Positions 24,286 through 35,632 of a stretch of DNA of 64,000 bases are shown here, piece by piece (the first letter of the stretch is position 1; each line of letters opens with the position of its first letter). The translations under genes were made by a program, and so were the position numbers. The notes under the pieces were generated by a model that saw only the letters and a program-made list of their open reading frames with translations, had not been told where the DNA came from and made no database searches. The DNA comes from Botryllus schlosseri (lineage: Eukaryota). The DNA lies in assembly GCA_051294905.1 (NCBI GenBank), contig CM119371.1:6138001-6202000 (forward strand), given 5' to 3'.

Positions 24286-25995
24286 CGTATTCTTTCGCTC
24301 TTCTTTTTCGCCTTTGGTGGGATTCGAAGCCCGTCTCTTCTGGGCGGCGCGGCGAGGCAAGCGCAGTGCTCTTACCCATTAGGCCACGACGCCCTCGAGA
24401 ACGGTAGACGATACGCGGCAATTCGTTTTCACACGCTCGCGTCATCCGCTGGGGGTCTCTCGCGTTTGCGCGCTCCCACCATCCGCGAACGGGCGGGCGG
24501 GCGGGCGGGCGGGCGGGCTCGCTCGCTCGCTCGTAGTTGGGTTCCGAGCGTGCACGATGGCACGGGCACTCAAAAATGAATCGAGTAACGATTTTCAAGA
24601 TTCGAATCGTGTAGTGATACATGACTTCTTAGCGTACTGAAATTATACGATCTTGTCGCTACGCTAAAAGTTGAATTATAGTTTCGTTGCAATTTCCCAA
24701 TTTGTTACTTTTAAAAACTCGATTGGTCGCGTTGCGGCATACGAAGCCGGGTGCGTCATTGTATATGAGATATCAATGAAGTCGTGGTCGAGCCGCGGCA
24801 ACAGTGACAATGCATGCGCAATAGGACTGTTGAAAAATAACCTTAATTCCTGAATCTTGCTGGTTACGTGATTAAATCGTTAGGTTGCCTTGAAAAACGA
24901 CGTACACCAAATTTGAATTCATTCTAACCGATATTCGCGGATTTCGTACAGCATGAAAATTTTGAATTTGCCTAAAAATGCAAAAAAAAATTTTTTTCAA
25001 ATCTTTCTTTTTGCCAACCAACCCCATGAAATTGTTGCGCTGTCTTCAAAAATGATGATGATTTGACTCAATTCCAAGCCGTAGAAGTGGAGTTATTTCA
25101 GTTTTTCTTTGATAATTCTGGGATTATCCTTGATCGGTGGATCATCCCAGAATTATCATCAAAAATGCGCAATTAAACGGGTACGCTCGAAAATATGCCT
25201 GGCTGCCCTGCCGCAATAACATTTAATCCGACGCGAAATTGACATTTTATTCGCTGTGGCCACGCTACATGTATCATTTGTATACATTTAAATTTCCACG
25301 TCGTTCTCATTGATAATCGAACAGTCGACACGTCTCGAAGTCCAATACACATTTTCGTCTACTTATGACTGACCCGTCGTTTCCGATTGCCTATCGCTCT
25401 TTTAATTTAGAGTCCCAATTTCCGGCGCGGCGCTCCACGCTCAGGCTCTCGCTCTCCCCCGTGGCGAGCGACGGCCGATCAATGGGCTTTTGCCGCGTCG
25501 TAGTACTGGCTGGCGACGTGGCAGAACCGGGCTGCGTTCACCGCCTGACAGGTCTGAACTGCCCCTCGGATGAGCGCGGGTCCGATAGGGCTGCGGGTCT
25601 TGCTAGCTCCGCGAAACGCGGCTTTAGGAAGTAGAAGTGTTGATTTTGCACAGCTCGATCGAGCCGCCCCGCCGTCGAAAACCGGTCGTTTACGCAGCCG
25701 CGACGTCTCGCGCGGATCCGGAACGGGCGCGCCGGTCAGCGCGCGAACACGCTCCGCCCCGCGAACCCATTCGGGTCGGTCGGCCACTTCCGGGGTCGGC
25801 ACCACGGCCCCGGTCACGACGAACACTAGCACAGAAAGCCGTGCCCCGACCGGCGTCGGCCGTCGCCGAGAGCTTCTTCGTTTCGTTCGCGTCTGCTCGT
25901 TCGGCAGACGTTGGTTATATAGTAATTTGCGCCGTTTCCCGATTTCTACAACAACTGCTGAAATATTTACCGTTCTATTCGTACGTACAAGCACG

Positions 25996-26532
25996 ATGTC
26001 AGCCGCCAAGAAAACTACGACGACGCCGAGTCACGCTCCTTTCAAGGACATGATCGTCGCCGCCATCAAGAAGCTGGGCGACAAGAAAGGCTCCTCGCGT
26101 CAAGCCATCAAAAAGCACGTTTTGAGCAGCAACAAAGTCACCGAGCAGTCGACTAAAACCAACCTGAACCGGACTCTCGCAAAAATGCTCGCGTCCGGCC
26201 AGCTCGTCCACCCGAAGAACAGCACGGGACGGTACAAGCTCGCCGCTCCGAAGGCCCCGGCCCAGCAGGCAGCCAAAAAGAAGACCGTCGTCGCCAAGAA
26301 GAAGAAACCGGCCGCCAAGAAGGCCGCCGTCGGCAAGGAATCGACCAAAAAAACTACGGCCAAAAAGCCCAAAGCGAAGAAGACTCCCGTCAAGAAAGCA
26401 GCGGCCAAGAAATCGGCAACGGTCAAGAAGAGCGCCGCCAAAAAGCCGGCTGCCAAGAGACCCGCTTCGAAAAAATCGCCGAAAAAAGTGGTCAAGAAGG
26501 CTGCCAAAAAGACCTCAGCCAAGAAGAAGTAA
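25996..26532 (+). CDS. H1: Linker histone H1 (178 aa)
   Basis: SHAPFKDMIVAAI..KKGSSRQAIKK..GRYKL globular domain, K/A/P-rich tail, TATA ~25915, stem-loop 26569-26584. Confidence 0.93.
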   Translation: MSAAKKTTTTPSHAPFKDMIVAAIKKLGDKKGSSRQAIKKHVLSSNKVTEQSTKTNLNRTLAKMLASGQLVHPKNSTGRYKLAAPKAPAQQAAKKKTVVAKKKKPAAKKAAVGKESTKKTTAKKPKAKKTPVKKAAAKKSATVKKSAAKKPAAKRPASKKSPKKVVKKAAKKTSAKKK

Positions 26533-26948
26533 ACGCTGGCGTGTGTCGTCAACACCTCCACTATTAACGGCTCTTTTCAGGGCCATCCAAAGTTGATGTT
26601 TACGCTCATAGAGTACGGACAGGCTGCCGCAGTTACGCGACGGCCGGCCAGACTTGTAGTACAAATTGCGCATTTAGTTAGTTGACGGTTCAATTTGTTG
26701 AGCAGTTCTAGTTTTAGCCGCGCACTTGGTACAAGTCGGGTGGTTTATAGAAAAAGTAATTGGAGTCGGTTGATCGGGAAGGAAGTAAGTAAGTAAGTAA
26801 GTAAGTGAGTAACTAACTAACTAACTAACTTGATTAAATACTATTCGATCGACCAAAATAAGGCGGCGATATCCTCTGCTAATTTTCAACAAGTTCGGGT
26901 GGCTCTGAAAAGAGCCGTTTTCGTCTTGTGATCGCAGTAGCGAGTCGC

Positions 26949-27305
<357 letters not shown>

Positions 27306-27588
27306 TCAATAGCGAATGGCACGCTTCGGCACTCAACGCATTACGTGAAGGTCGCCAGCGGACGTTCTCGAAACGCGTCTAGCGCGCCAATTTCGACGGC
27401 CGAGTATAAATAGCCTCGCGTGACACGCCGGACGATTACTAGTGGCATTCAGCGACGACCGAGAATTTTAGAAATTTCGTACGTAAATCGGAGAGAGAGA
27501 CAGTGACAGTATGGCAAGAACAAAGCAAACCGCGTTGTTGAAATAGACATTTCACATTTCTACTGCACGTCAGTAACGATCGAAAAAA

Positions 27589-27654
27589 ATGTCAGGAAGA
27601 GGGAAGGGTGGTAAAGGACTGGGAAAAGGAGGCGCCCGCAAGCAGCTCGCTTAA
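27589..27654 (+). other. Upstream micro-ORF in the retroelement leader, [21 protein letters not shown] (H4 1-15 + H3 17-21)
   Basis: Direct translation of ATGTCAGGAAGAGGGAAGGGTGGTAAAGGACTGGGAAAAGGAGGCGCCCGCAAGCAGCTCGCTTAA. Confidence 0.8.
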
Positions 27655-27659
27655 GGAGT

Positions 27660-29198
27660 ATGTCTGCGACGGGTGTAGAGAGGGGTACGGCCCCAATGGA
27701 TTATGCCAATGCGGCAGGAGCAACCATGCCAATGGATAGATCGTGTGATCTGAAGGTCAAACTGGACAAACCGCCAACGAGCAAAGAGGTACTGAGTTTC
27801 TTTAATAAAGTAGGAATCAATAAGGAAGAAGTTGATGGACTAATTAGATTTCCAAACGGACAATGTGATATCACATTCCGAACTAGAGCGATGGCGGTAA
27901 TAGCAGACAGGAACATGAGAAAAATGAAATCGGAAGGGATATCCCTTCCGTTCCACAATTTATACATTGCAGAAAATGTGGCAATTTACCTCAGCTGGGT
28001 GCCGGCCTGCATGGGGAATGGATTAATAGCACAGCACTTTGAGAACAACTATGGACCGGTAAAAAGTATATACGAACAAAGGGATGACCTGGGATACAGG
28101 AATGGTATAAGAAGTGTACTCATTGAGAAGAGGTATGTGGATGAAAACCCCATTAAATCCTACATATACATAAACAGGTTCAGAATCGCTGTCAAATATC
28201 GGGGGCAAACGCAAACTTGTGCACTATGTGAAGGGCCGGGACACATTGCCAGAATGTGCCCGGAAAAACTACGCCAAACTACCCAGCAACAGGGTAACCA
28301 AAGAAGGCAGCCCTTCAGGAATCCGCTTTACGATTACGTGAAGCCGGTTGTCCCGCAAGAGGCTGCTAGAGAGCAAGCGCCGACACCCACGCGTCCAAAA
28401 GGACACGACGATCTATCGCAGGACCGCTACAGCGACCAGCCACCAGAGGGAGACGCTAAGTCGGAAGAAATGACGTCGCCGAAAGCGTCAGAGGCCGGGA
28501 GCCAATCAGAGAGCGAGGAACAACGAGAGGGATCAGCTGCTAGTGGCGTGATGCCCATACATGGAGGTGAGAGACGAGAGACAAACTCTGACGATGAGCA
28601 GGAGGAGAAACCAGACGCCGGAACGGCCGAGCAGCAAGGCGCGGCTGCAAATTCATTCAGCGAAGAGCTGCGGCCAGTGAAGGATGTTGTTGCGGATCTC
28701 AAAGACGTACTAACCAAGTCGCAAAGTTCGGAAGACAGCAGTTCGGTATTTCAGAGTGAGCAGGCTAACTGGTTAATTCAATCTGAACCTTTTTTCAACA
28801 GCCCTAAGATCAGAGACAATAAGAGAAGCCATAAAAGCACGGACTCTGAGGAAAGCGCAACACTCATAAGACATTTCAGCTATGCGGGAGAGCGAAAAGG
28901 AACAATCGCATGTCAAGGATGTGGAAGGCCCGTAGCCTACCTAGCAAACTCGAAGGTATGCACATGCATGGTGTGTAACATTGAACATTCTTTTATACAG
29001 TCATGCTGCGACGAAAAGGAAATCTTGATAATCACGGGAGAAGCGCTAAACAGAAGACACACTATAAGCTGCGGGATATGCAACAGGGCGTGCATCATCA
29101 CCGACTGCTGTGGCATGCTGGTAAGCGAGGCATCTGCCAAGCTATACAAGAAATGCAAAATATGCAGGAAGCCAAAAATAAAAAGAAAAGACAACTAG
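27660..29198 (+). CDS. Retrotransposon ORF1 (512 aa): RRM-like region, CCHC knuckle, acidic linker, Cys-rich C-terminus
   Basis: CALCEGPGHIARMC (CX2CX4HX4C) after a KYRGQ motif, as in Tx1-type ORF1. Confidence 0.88.
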   Translation: MSATGVERGTAPMDYANAAGATMPMDRSCDLKVKLDKPPTSKEVLSFFNKVGINKEEVDGLIRFPNGQCDITFRTRAMAVIADRNMRKMKSEGISLPFHNLYIAENVAIYLSWVPACMGNGLIAQHFENNYGPVKSIYEQRDDLGYRNGIRSVLIEKRYVDENPIKSYIYINRFRIAVKYRGQTQTCALCEGPGHIARMCPEKLRQTTQQQGNQRRQPFRNPLYDYVKPVVPQEAAREQAPTPTRPKGHDDLSQDRYSDQPPEGDAKSEEMTSPKASEAGSQSESEEQREGSAASGVMPIHGGERRETNSDDEQEEKPDAGTAEQQGAAANSFSEELRPVKDVVADLKDVLTKSQSSEDSSSVFQSEQANWLIQSEPFFNSPKIRDNKRSHKSTDSEESATLIRHFSYAGERKGTIACQGCGRPVAYLANSKVCTCMVCNIEHSFIQSCCDEKEILIITGEALNRRHTISCGICNRACIITDCCGMLVSEASAKLYKKCKICRKPKIKRKDN

Positions 29199-29219
29199 TG
29201 AGGTACTTTAGATAGGGAA

Positions 29220-32200
29220 ATGGCTAATGGGGATATTAGGATTTTGACGCTTAACGTCAACGGGATGGGAAATGGGCGGAAACGACAAGTAATCTATGAT
29301 TTCATTAAAAAGACAGGTGCAAACATTACGTGCCTGCAGGAAACGCACTCCGCATTAGAGACGGAAGATATCTGGGCAAAGGAATGGCATGGGAAGTCCT
29401 TCTGGAACTCACAAGACGGCGCCACGGCGGGAACTGCAATCCTGCTCAACACGAGAAACAAGAGAGCCATGCGAACCCTGAACGTGACGAAAGACATGGA
29501 AGGGAGAATGACACAGCTAAGAGTGCAAGTGGGTACCCATAAACTAGATATAACTTCATACTATGGTCACAATGACAGAACCAAAAGAAGAATGCAGCTA
29601 CGACAACTAGCTACAAGGGTAAGAGGTACAAAGTACCAAATTATAGCAGGAGACTTTAACTGTGTAGACTCTTGTGAACTCGACCGGCAACCTGTTGACC
29701 AGAGAAGGGAAGAAGCCAACCGACACGCGAACACGATGAAAACAATCGGCGTAGAGGATGCGTTCAGGAGGGCCAATGGCAATAGAAAGGAATTCACCTT
29801 CTTCTACAACAAGGGCAAATCACGGCTCGACAGGATCTACACCACGCCCAACATCCAAACGGTAAACTGTAAACATGTGCCTTGCGCTTTTTCAGACCAT
29901 GACGCCACCGTGGCCACGGTAAAGCTGGATCAACAACAGGACACGAAACGCACGATCTGGAAAAACAATACCGACGTCTACAAGCAAGAAACGTTCATGA
30001 GGGAGCTAGAAAATAAATGGAAAATGTGGGAAACCCTATACGACACCGTGTACACGAGCAGAATAGAATGGTGGGAAGCCGTGAAGCGAAGGCTAAAGCT
30101 CCTAAACATCCAATACGCCGCCAGGACGCGAAGGCTAGAAAAAGAGCGGCATAAAGAGGACGAAAAAGAATTAAAAATAGTAAGAAACCGTGTCATTCAT
30201 AATATTACTCTTTTGCCAGAATACAGAAGAGTGAAAAGGAAAATATGGAAAAACAAGGAGGAGAGCATCCAAAAACTCCAGAAAGAAGCCAAGGCCGAGG
30301 CGGAAGAAACGCTAGCTCAAAAACCGTACATGCTCTGCGAAACCATCAAAAAACGGAGAGATGTGGCTTCAATCAGCGCAATCAGAAACAAGGTCGGCGA
30401 TATCACCACAGACACCAGGGAGATCCGGAAAACTGCCGAAGATTACTACGAAAATCTATATAGTAAGAAGGGTACGGATACCAATATTGCAGACTCCTTT
30501 TTTAGATCGCAGGCTGGACAGCTGACGCAAAACCAGACGAAGGATATAGACCGGCCCATCACCGAAGATGAGGTGCGACAGGCCATTCTCCAGCAAAAAC
30601 GAAATCGAACGCCCGGTAAGGACGGCATAAGTGCCGAGTTCTACGTACAAGCCCTAGACCTAATAGCGAAGGACCTAACCGCGGTTTTTGATGAACTCTA
30701 CTCAAAGCACACCGCCACGAGTAATTTTGCAGGTGGAATAATAAAGACAATCCACAAGAAGGGCGACGACAAGGAAATGAAAAACTACCGCCCAATAACA
30801 TTACTCAATGTAGACTACAAGATCATCAGCAAAATCCTGACGAACAGGCTGAAGAAGACCCTGCCAGATATTACGCACCACCACCAGCACGTAAACCCAC
30901 CAAATAATATCGGAAATCTCAACCTTGTTTTAAGGGAAATTGCGGCAGAAATGCGAGAGAGGAATCAGGGAGCCATCGTCTCGATAGACTTCCGCAAGGC
31001 GTACGACACAATCGACCACCAATTCTTACACAGAGCGCTGGAGGAGACAGGCCTAGGCAACAACTTCCGACGCTTCATCCGATCAATATACGAAAACGGA
31101 GAGGCCACCATATCAATAGGCGGCGCAATCGGTGAAAATATCAGAATCCAGGAAGGTATCAAGCAAGGCGATCCGATTTCTATGTACCTTTTTACCATAG
31201 TGACGGACACGCTCCTACAGAAGCTTAACAGTTCTATTGCAGGCTTCAAACTCTCTGGCATGAAAGGGAAAATAGCCACACCCTCATACGCAGATGACAT
31301 CACCGTTACGCTGGCAAGGGAAGGTGACAGCAGCAAGGCAATCAATGTAATAGAGGAATTCGGCAAGGCGAGCGGTCTACGGATCAATCAGGAGAAAACG
31401 AGGGGCATAACGTTTGAGCGTAAAAGATGGAGACAACCCACCACGAAATTCAAATGGACCAACAAGCTAACCGCCCTTGGGCACACCATAGCACATGAAG
31501 AAAAGGATGAGACGGAGCCATGGACCGAGGCGATCCACAAAACGGTCGACAAGCTCAACGAGTGGAGAACACTCCACCTAAAAAGGCATGAAAAGGTGAG
31601 CATATTGCGCACTAACATTCTACCTCTTTTCACATATACGGCCTCCAAGAACAGGATGCCGCCACCGATCAAGAAGAAGCTTAAATCAGAAGCAGCAGCA
31701 TTTGTGATGGGACTGGACGGCAAAATGGAATATGAGAAAATCATACAGGCCAAGGAAATGGGTGGACTGGACCTAGTGGATATCCCGACCATGACCGATC
31801 TCGCGTTCATCAAACCGGCGCTGAAATACCTTGAAAAAGAAGCGAAGCCCGAAACGGAATGGGAAAAAAGAATAGAAAACCAGCTGGCTCTCACCATGAG
31901 AAGGTATGGGAAACACAAAATCGATAACACCATACCTCATGTTTTGCAGCCGCTAAAGCACTGGCGAGAAACCGCAAAAACCATGGAGGGAATAAAATTC
32001 AACCGGCAGGACATCAAATTGAAGCGGCAGGAAAAATATCGAGCGTTTATCACAAGGAACAACGCCAGACAACTGAGGGAGATGGAAGGACCAAATTGGA
32101 GGAACATCAACAACCGCTACCTCACGCACGACCAGAGGAAGTTAAACTGGGACATAGCAAACAGACTGCTCCCAACGAATAACAAACTACGAGCGACACT

Positions 32201-32600
32201 GGCTTCCAGAACGTGGGACTGCCCGCTGTGCGGAACAGAAATTGAGGATCACGAACATCTGTTCATAAAGTGCAGAAAGGTAAAACCGCTCATACTTGTT
32301 TTCATAGATGCATGGAACAAAGTCACGGGGAGGACAGCAAGACAGCCAGGCCTGCAGGAAATGATCGATATGAACCCAGAAACTCCAATGACGCAGGAAC
32401 AACTCCTGGCCTACCTCAAAATAATCTCGACGCTCAAGCAGACCACATGGGATGCAAGAAACCTAAAGAAACACGAGGGTAAACAAATAACACATGTTTG
32501 GCTTTTAAGATCATGTAACAGAAGATTAAAAGGGAGGAGAAAACAAGAGATGGAACCCAGGGCGGAAGAAATACTGGACAAGATCTTGGAGGAAATCTGA
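29220..32600 (+). CDS. Retrotransposon ORF2 (1126 aa): APE endonuclease, reverse transcriptase, C-terminal CCHC finger
   Basis: LTLNVNG, LQETH, AGDFN, SRLDRIY, FSDH; YRPITLLNVDYKI, DFRKAYD, GIKQGDPIS, YADD; CPLC..EDHEHLFIKC. Confidence 0.97.
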   Translation: MANGDIRILTLNVNGMGNGRKRQVIYDFIKKTGANITCLQETHSALETEDIWAKEWHGKSFWNSQDGATAGTAILLNTRNKRAMRTLNVTKDMEGRMTQLRVQVGTHKLDITSYYGHNDRTKRRMQLRQLATRVRGTKYQIIAGDFNCVDSCELDRQPVDQRREEANRHANTMKTIGVEDAFRRANGNRKEFTFFYNKGKSRLDRIYTTPNIQTVNCKHVPCAFSDHDATVATVKLDQQQDTKRTIWKNNTDVYKQETFMRELENKWKMWETLYDTVYTSRIEWWEAVKRRLKLLNIQYAARTRRLEKERHKEDEKELKIVRNRVIHNITLLPEYRRVKRKIWKNKEESIQKLQKEAKAEAEETLAQKPYMLCETIKKRRDVASISAIRNKVGDITTDTREIRKTAEDYYENLYSKKGTDTNIADSFFRSQAGQLTQNQTKDIDRPITEDEVRQAILQQKRNRTPGKDGISAEFYVQALDLIAKDLTAVFDELYSKHTATSNFAGGIIKTIHKKGDDKEMKNYRPITLLNVDYKIISKILTNRLKKTLPDITHHHQHVNPPNNIGNLNLVLREIAAEMRERNQGAIVSIDFRKAYDTIDHQFLHRALEETGLGNNFRRFIRSIYENGEATISIGGAIGENIRIQEGIKQGDPISMYLFTIVTDTLLQKLNSSIAGFKLSGMKGKIATPSYADDITVTLAREGDSSKAINVIEEFGKASGLRINQEKTRGITFERKRWRQPTTKFKWTNKLTALGHTIAHEEKDETEPWTEAIHKTVDKLNEWRTLHLKRHEKVSILRTNILPLFTYTASKNRMPPPIKKKLKSEAAAFVMGLDGKMEYEKIIQAKEMGGLDLVDIPTMTDLAFIKPALKYLEKEAKPETEWEKRIENQLALTMRRYGKHKIDNTIPHVLQPLKHWRETAKTMEGIKFNRQDIKLKRQEKYRAFITRNNARQLREMEGPNWRNINNRYLTHDQRKLNWDIANRLLPTNNKLRATLASRTWDCPLCGTEIEDHEHLFIKCRKVKPLILVFIDAWNKVTGRTARQPGLQEMIDMNPETPMTQEQLLAYLKIISTLKQTTWDARNLKKHEGKQITHVWLLRSCNRRLKGRRKQEMEPRAEEILDKILEEI

Positions 32601-32631
32601 AGCAAGAGCAACTTACCAAACCGCTACGTGA

Positions 32632-33087
<456 letters not shown>

Positions 33088-33517
33088 TAAGCTGCTGGCG
33101 ACTAGCACGACGCAAAATAAACGGCTCTTTTCAGAGCCACCCGAACTTCACGGTATCGAGAGAGTTTAGAATCAGCGCGCTGTTATCAGTTTTATAATTA
33201 TTGTCATCGCGGCATGTTGCCTTCCGCAGCGTCCGTTTCACAGCGCGCGCGCTACTTTGTAATACACAAACCAGTCTGGAAGATTCGCATCCCACGAACC
33301 TCTCACGGCAGATAAGCTACCCATGTAATACACGAACCCGTCTCGTTCATCGCACTGCAGGTACCGGAAACGCAACTTACCACCTGGCGTAAATAACAGA
33401 GTACGGCATAACAACTGAATTGATAACGCTTGCGAGAGCAAGCAAGTCAAAACGCACAAGAGCGGGTGGCCCTTACAAGGGCCGTTGTTTGCGATTTTCG
33501 GCGTCGAGCACAACCAT

Positions 33518-33877
33518 CTACTTAGAGCTGGTGTACTTGGTGACGGCTTTGGTGCCTTCAGACACGGCGTGCTTGGCCAGTTCGCCGGGCAGCAAGAGCC
33601 TGACGGCGGTCTGGATCTCGCGGCTGCTGATGGTCGAGCGCTTGTTGTAGTGTGCGAGACGAGACGACTCGCTGGCGATCCTCTCGAAGACGTCGTTGAC
33701 GAACGAGTTCATGATGCTCATGGCCTTGCTGGAGATTCCAGTGTCGGGATGCACCTGCTTCAGCACCTTGTAGATGTAGATGCTGAAGCTTTCCTTTCGC
33801 CTCGACTTTCTTTTCTTCTTGCCGTCTTTCGGCGTTTGCTTCTTTACGAGCTTCTTTGAACCTTTGCTGGCGACCAT
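33518..33877 (-). CDS. H2B: Histone H2B
   Basis: [35 protein letters not shown]; stem-loop 33468-33483. Confidence 0.98.
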   Translation of the reverse strand: MVASKGSKKLVKKQTPKDGKKKRKSRRKESFSIYIYKVLKQVHPDTGISSKAMSIMNSFVNDVFERIASESSRLAHYNKRSTISSREIQTAVRLLLPGELAKHAVSEGTKAVTKYTSSK

Positions 33878-34150
33878 TATGCTATTCTGTAGTTTTGCCG
33901 CGATGAGCTGCTTGCACGTGAGTATATACGAATTGATTCTGGCGCCAAGGCGCAGAACGTTTATATAGTCGGGCGTATGCTAATGAAGCGAACAGCGAAT
34001 GCACGAAACGAGACAGCTGCGTCACGGATTATTTTGGCGCATGAATTAGCCGTCTCTCGTTTCATGTCACAATGCTGTGACACGGGCGAGCTATAAAGCG
34101 CCAGTTGTGCGCCCTCGAATTCATTTATCGAAAAGATACTACCTATCTAG

Positions 34151-34543
<393 letters not shown>

Positions 34544-35354
34544 GCGCATCGCAAAAGCCTTCATCATCACAAACGGCACTTTTCAGTGCCACCCGATCGA
34601 GCAGGTTTTACGAAATTGTATACACACTTACATGTCATTGCGCGCGCAGTATAATCATAAGACTGAGACTCGAGCGAGCCTAGAGTACAGCGTTTTCAAA
34701 GCAATACTTGTATGGTTACGGCGATGTACATTGTCGAACAATTTTGTCTGGAATTGAATAGAATAGTGTTTACGGTGGCCAACTAGAATTAGACGCGCTC
34801 GACGGGTGGCGGGCGGTACGGCGGCGGCGCCGCCTTGATTGCTCAGCGGGTGTCTGTCACCGCTATTGCTTGCAAACGACTTGCTGAGGCGAGCGACGCA
34901 ATACACAATTCCCAATACACAAGCCGGTATGCCTGATGCGTGAATCAAAAAAAGGCTGAGCGCACTCAGCCGCCTCTGTCAAGAGATACGTACCTTCAAA
35001 TACAACCAAATACTCCAATGTCTGGGTCGTACGGAGCAGGGGCGTACTAGTACTTGGAGAGTCGTAAGTACTGGTGCGGGTAGAAAGGATCTCGTATGTT
35101 ACGTCTTACAGTTGGGACCTGCCGTCGCTTGGAATTTTGTTGTTCGGCGCAATTCCGTTGTTCGCGCAAAGTTACAGTGTAAGTGTCGAGGTTCGGGTTT
35201 CGACACGATTAGGTACTCGGGCGATACCAAACCAAGCGCCGTTCTGTTCTGTGACGTCGCAGCGAGTGGGTGATCCCGCCGGCGCCCAACGGTTTTGTTC
35301 GTGACGCGCCGACAAAGTGTTTCAATGTACTGCGCAGACTCTTTACTCCCTAGT

Positions 35355-35420
35355 GACGACGACGACGACGATGATGACGATGATGATGATGATGTGTGAT
35401 GATGATGATGATGTGTGATG
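35355..35420. repeat. (GAC/GAT)n microsatellite just downstream of U2 (also ~43058-43123)
   Basis: gacgacgacgacgatgatgacgatgatgat.. Confidence 0.85.
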
Positions 35421-35445
35421 AATACTCCGACACGTCGGAGCGTGC

Positions 35446-35632
35446 AGGCCAAACTTGGAGGTGCTGCAATACCAAGGTGACCCACGGCGGAGGCGCAGCA
35501 AGCCGCAAACTCTCCACCAACGCTGCAAAAATCAAATTAATACACAGAGGGGGTCGATGACCCCCGTTACAGGTATTAACCTATAAAGAACAGATACTAC
35601 ACTTGATCTTAGCCATAGGGCCGAGAAGCGAT
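35446..35632 (-). ncRNA. U2: U2 spliceosomal snRNA
   Basis: Minus strand starts ATCGCTTCTCGGCCCTATGGCTAAGATCAAGTGTAGTATCTGTTCT; stems IIa and IIb, Sm site GATTTTTG, stem III, loop IV TATTGCAGCACCT; ~187 nt. Confidence 0.95.

Noticed and set aside
25570-25995. 142-aa N-terminal extension of H1 in the 320-aa ORF call
   Set aside because: It covers the GC-rich promoter; a TATA box at ~25915 lies inside it and the histone-like sequence starts at ATG 25996.
27655-27659. GGAG Shine-Dalgarno-like sequence before ORF1
   Set aside because: Eukaryotic locus; four bases are expected by chance.
35048-35058. TAGTACTTGGA resembling the 5S rRNA internal control region
   Set aside because: Only 11 nt match; the rest of the 5S sequence and fold is absent.
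35099-35535. His/Ser-rich ORFs
   Set aside because: Produced by the GAT/GAC microsatellite and overlapping U2.
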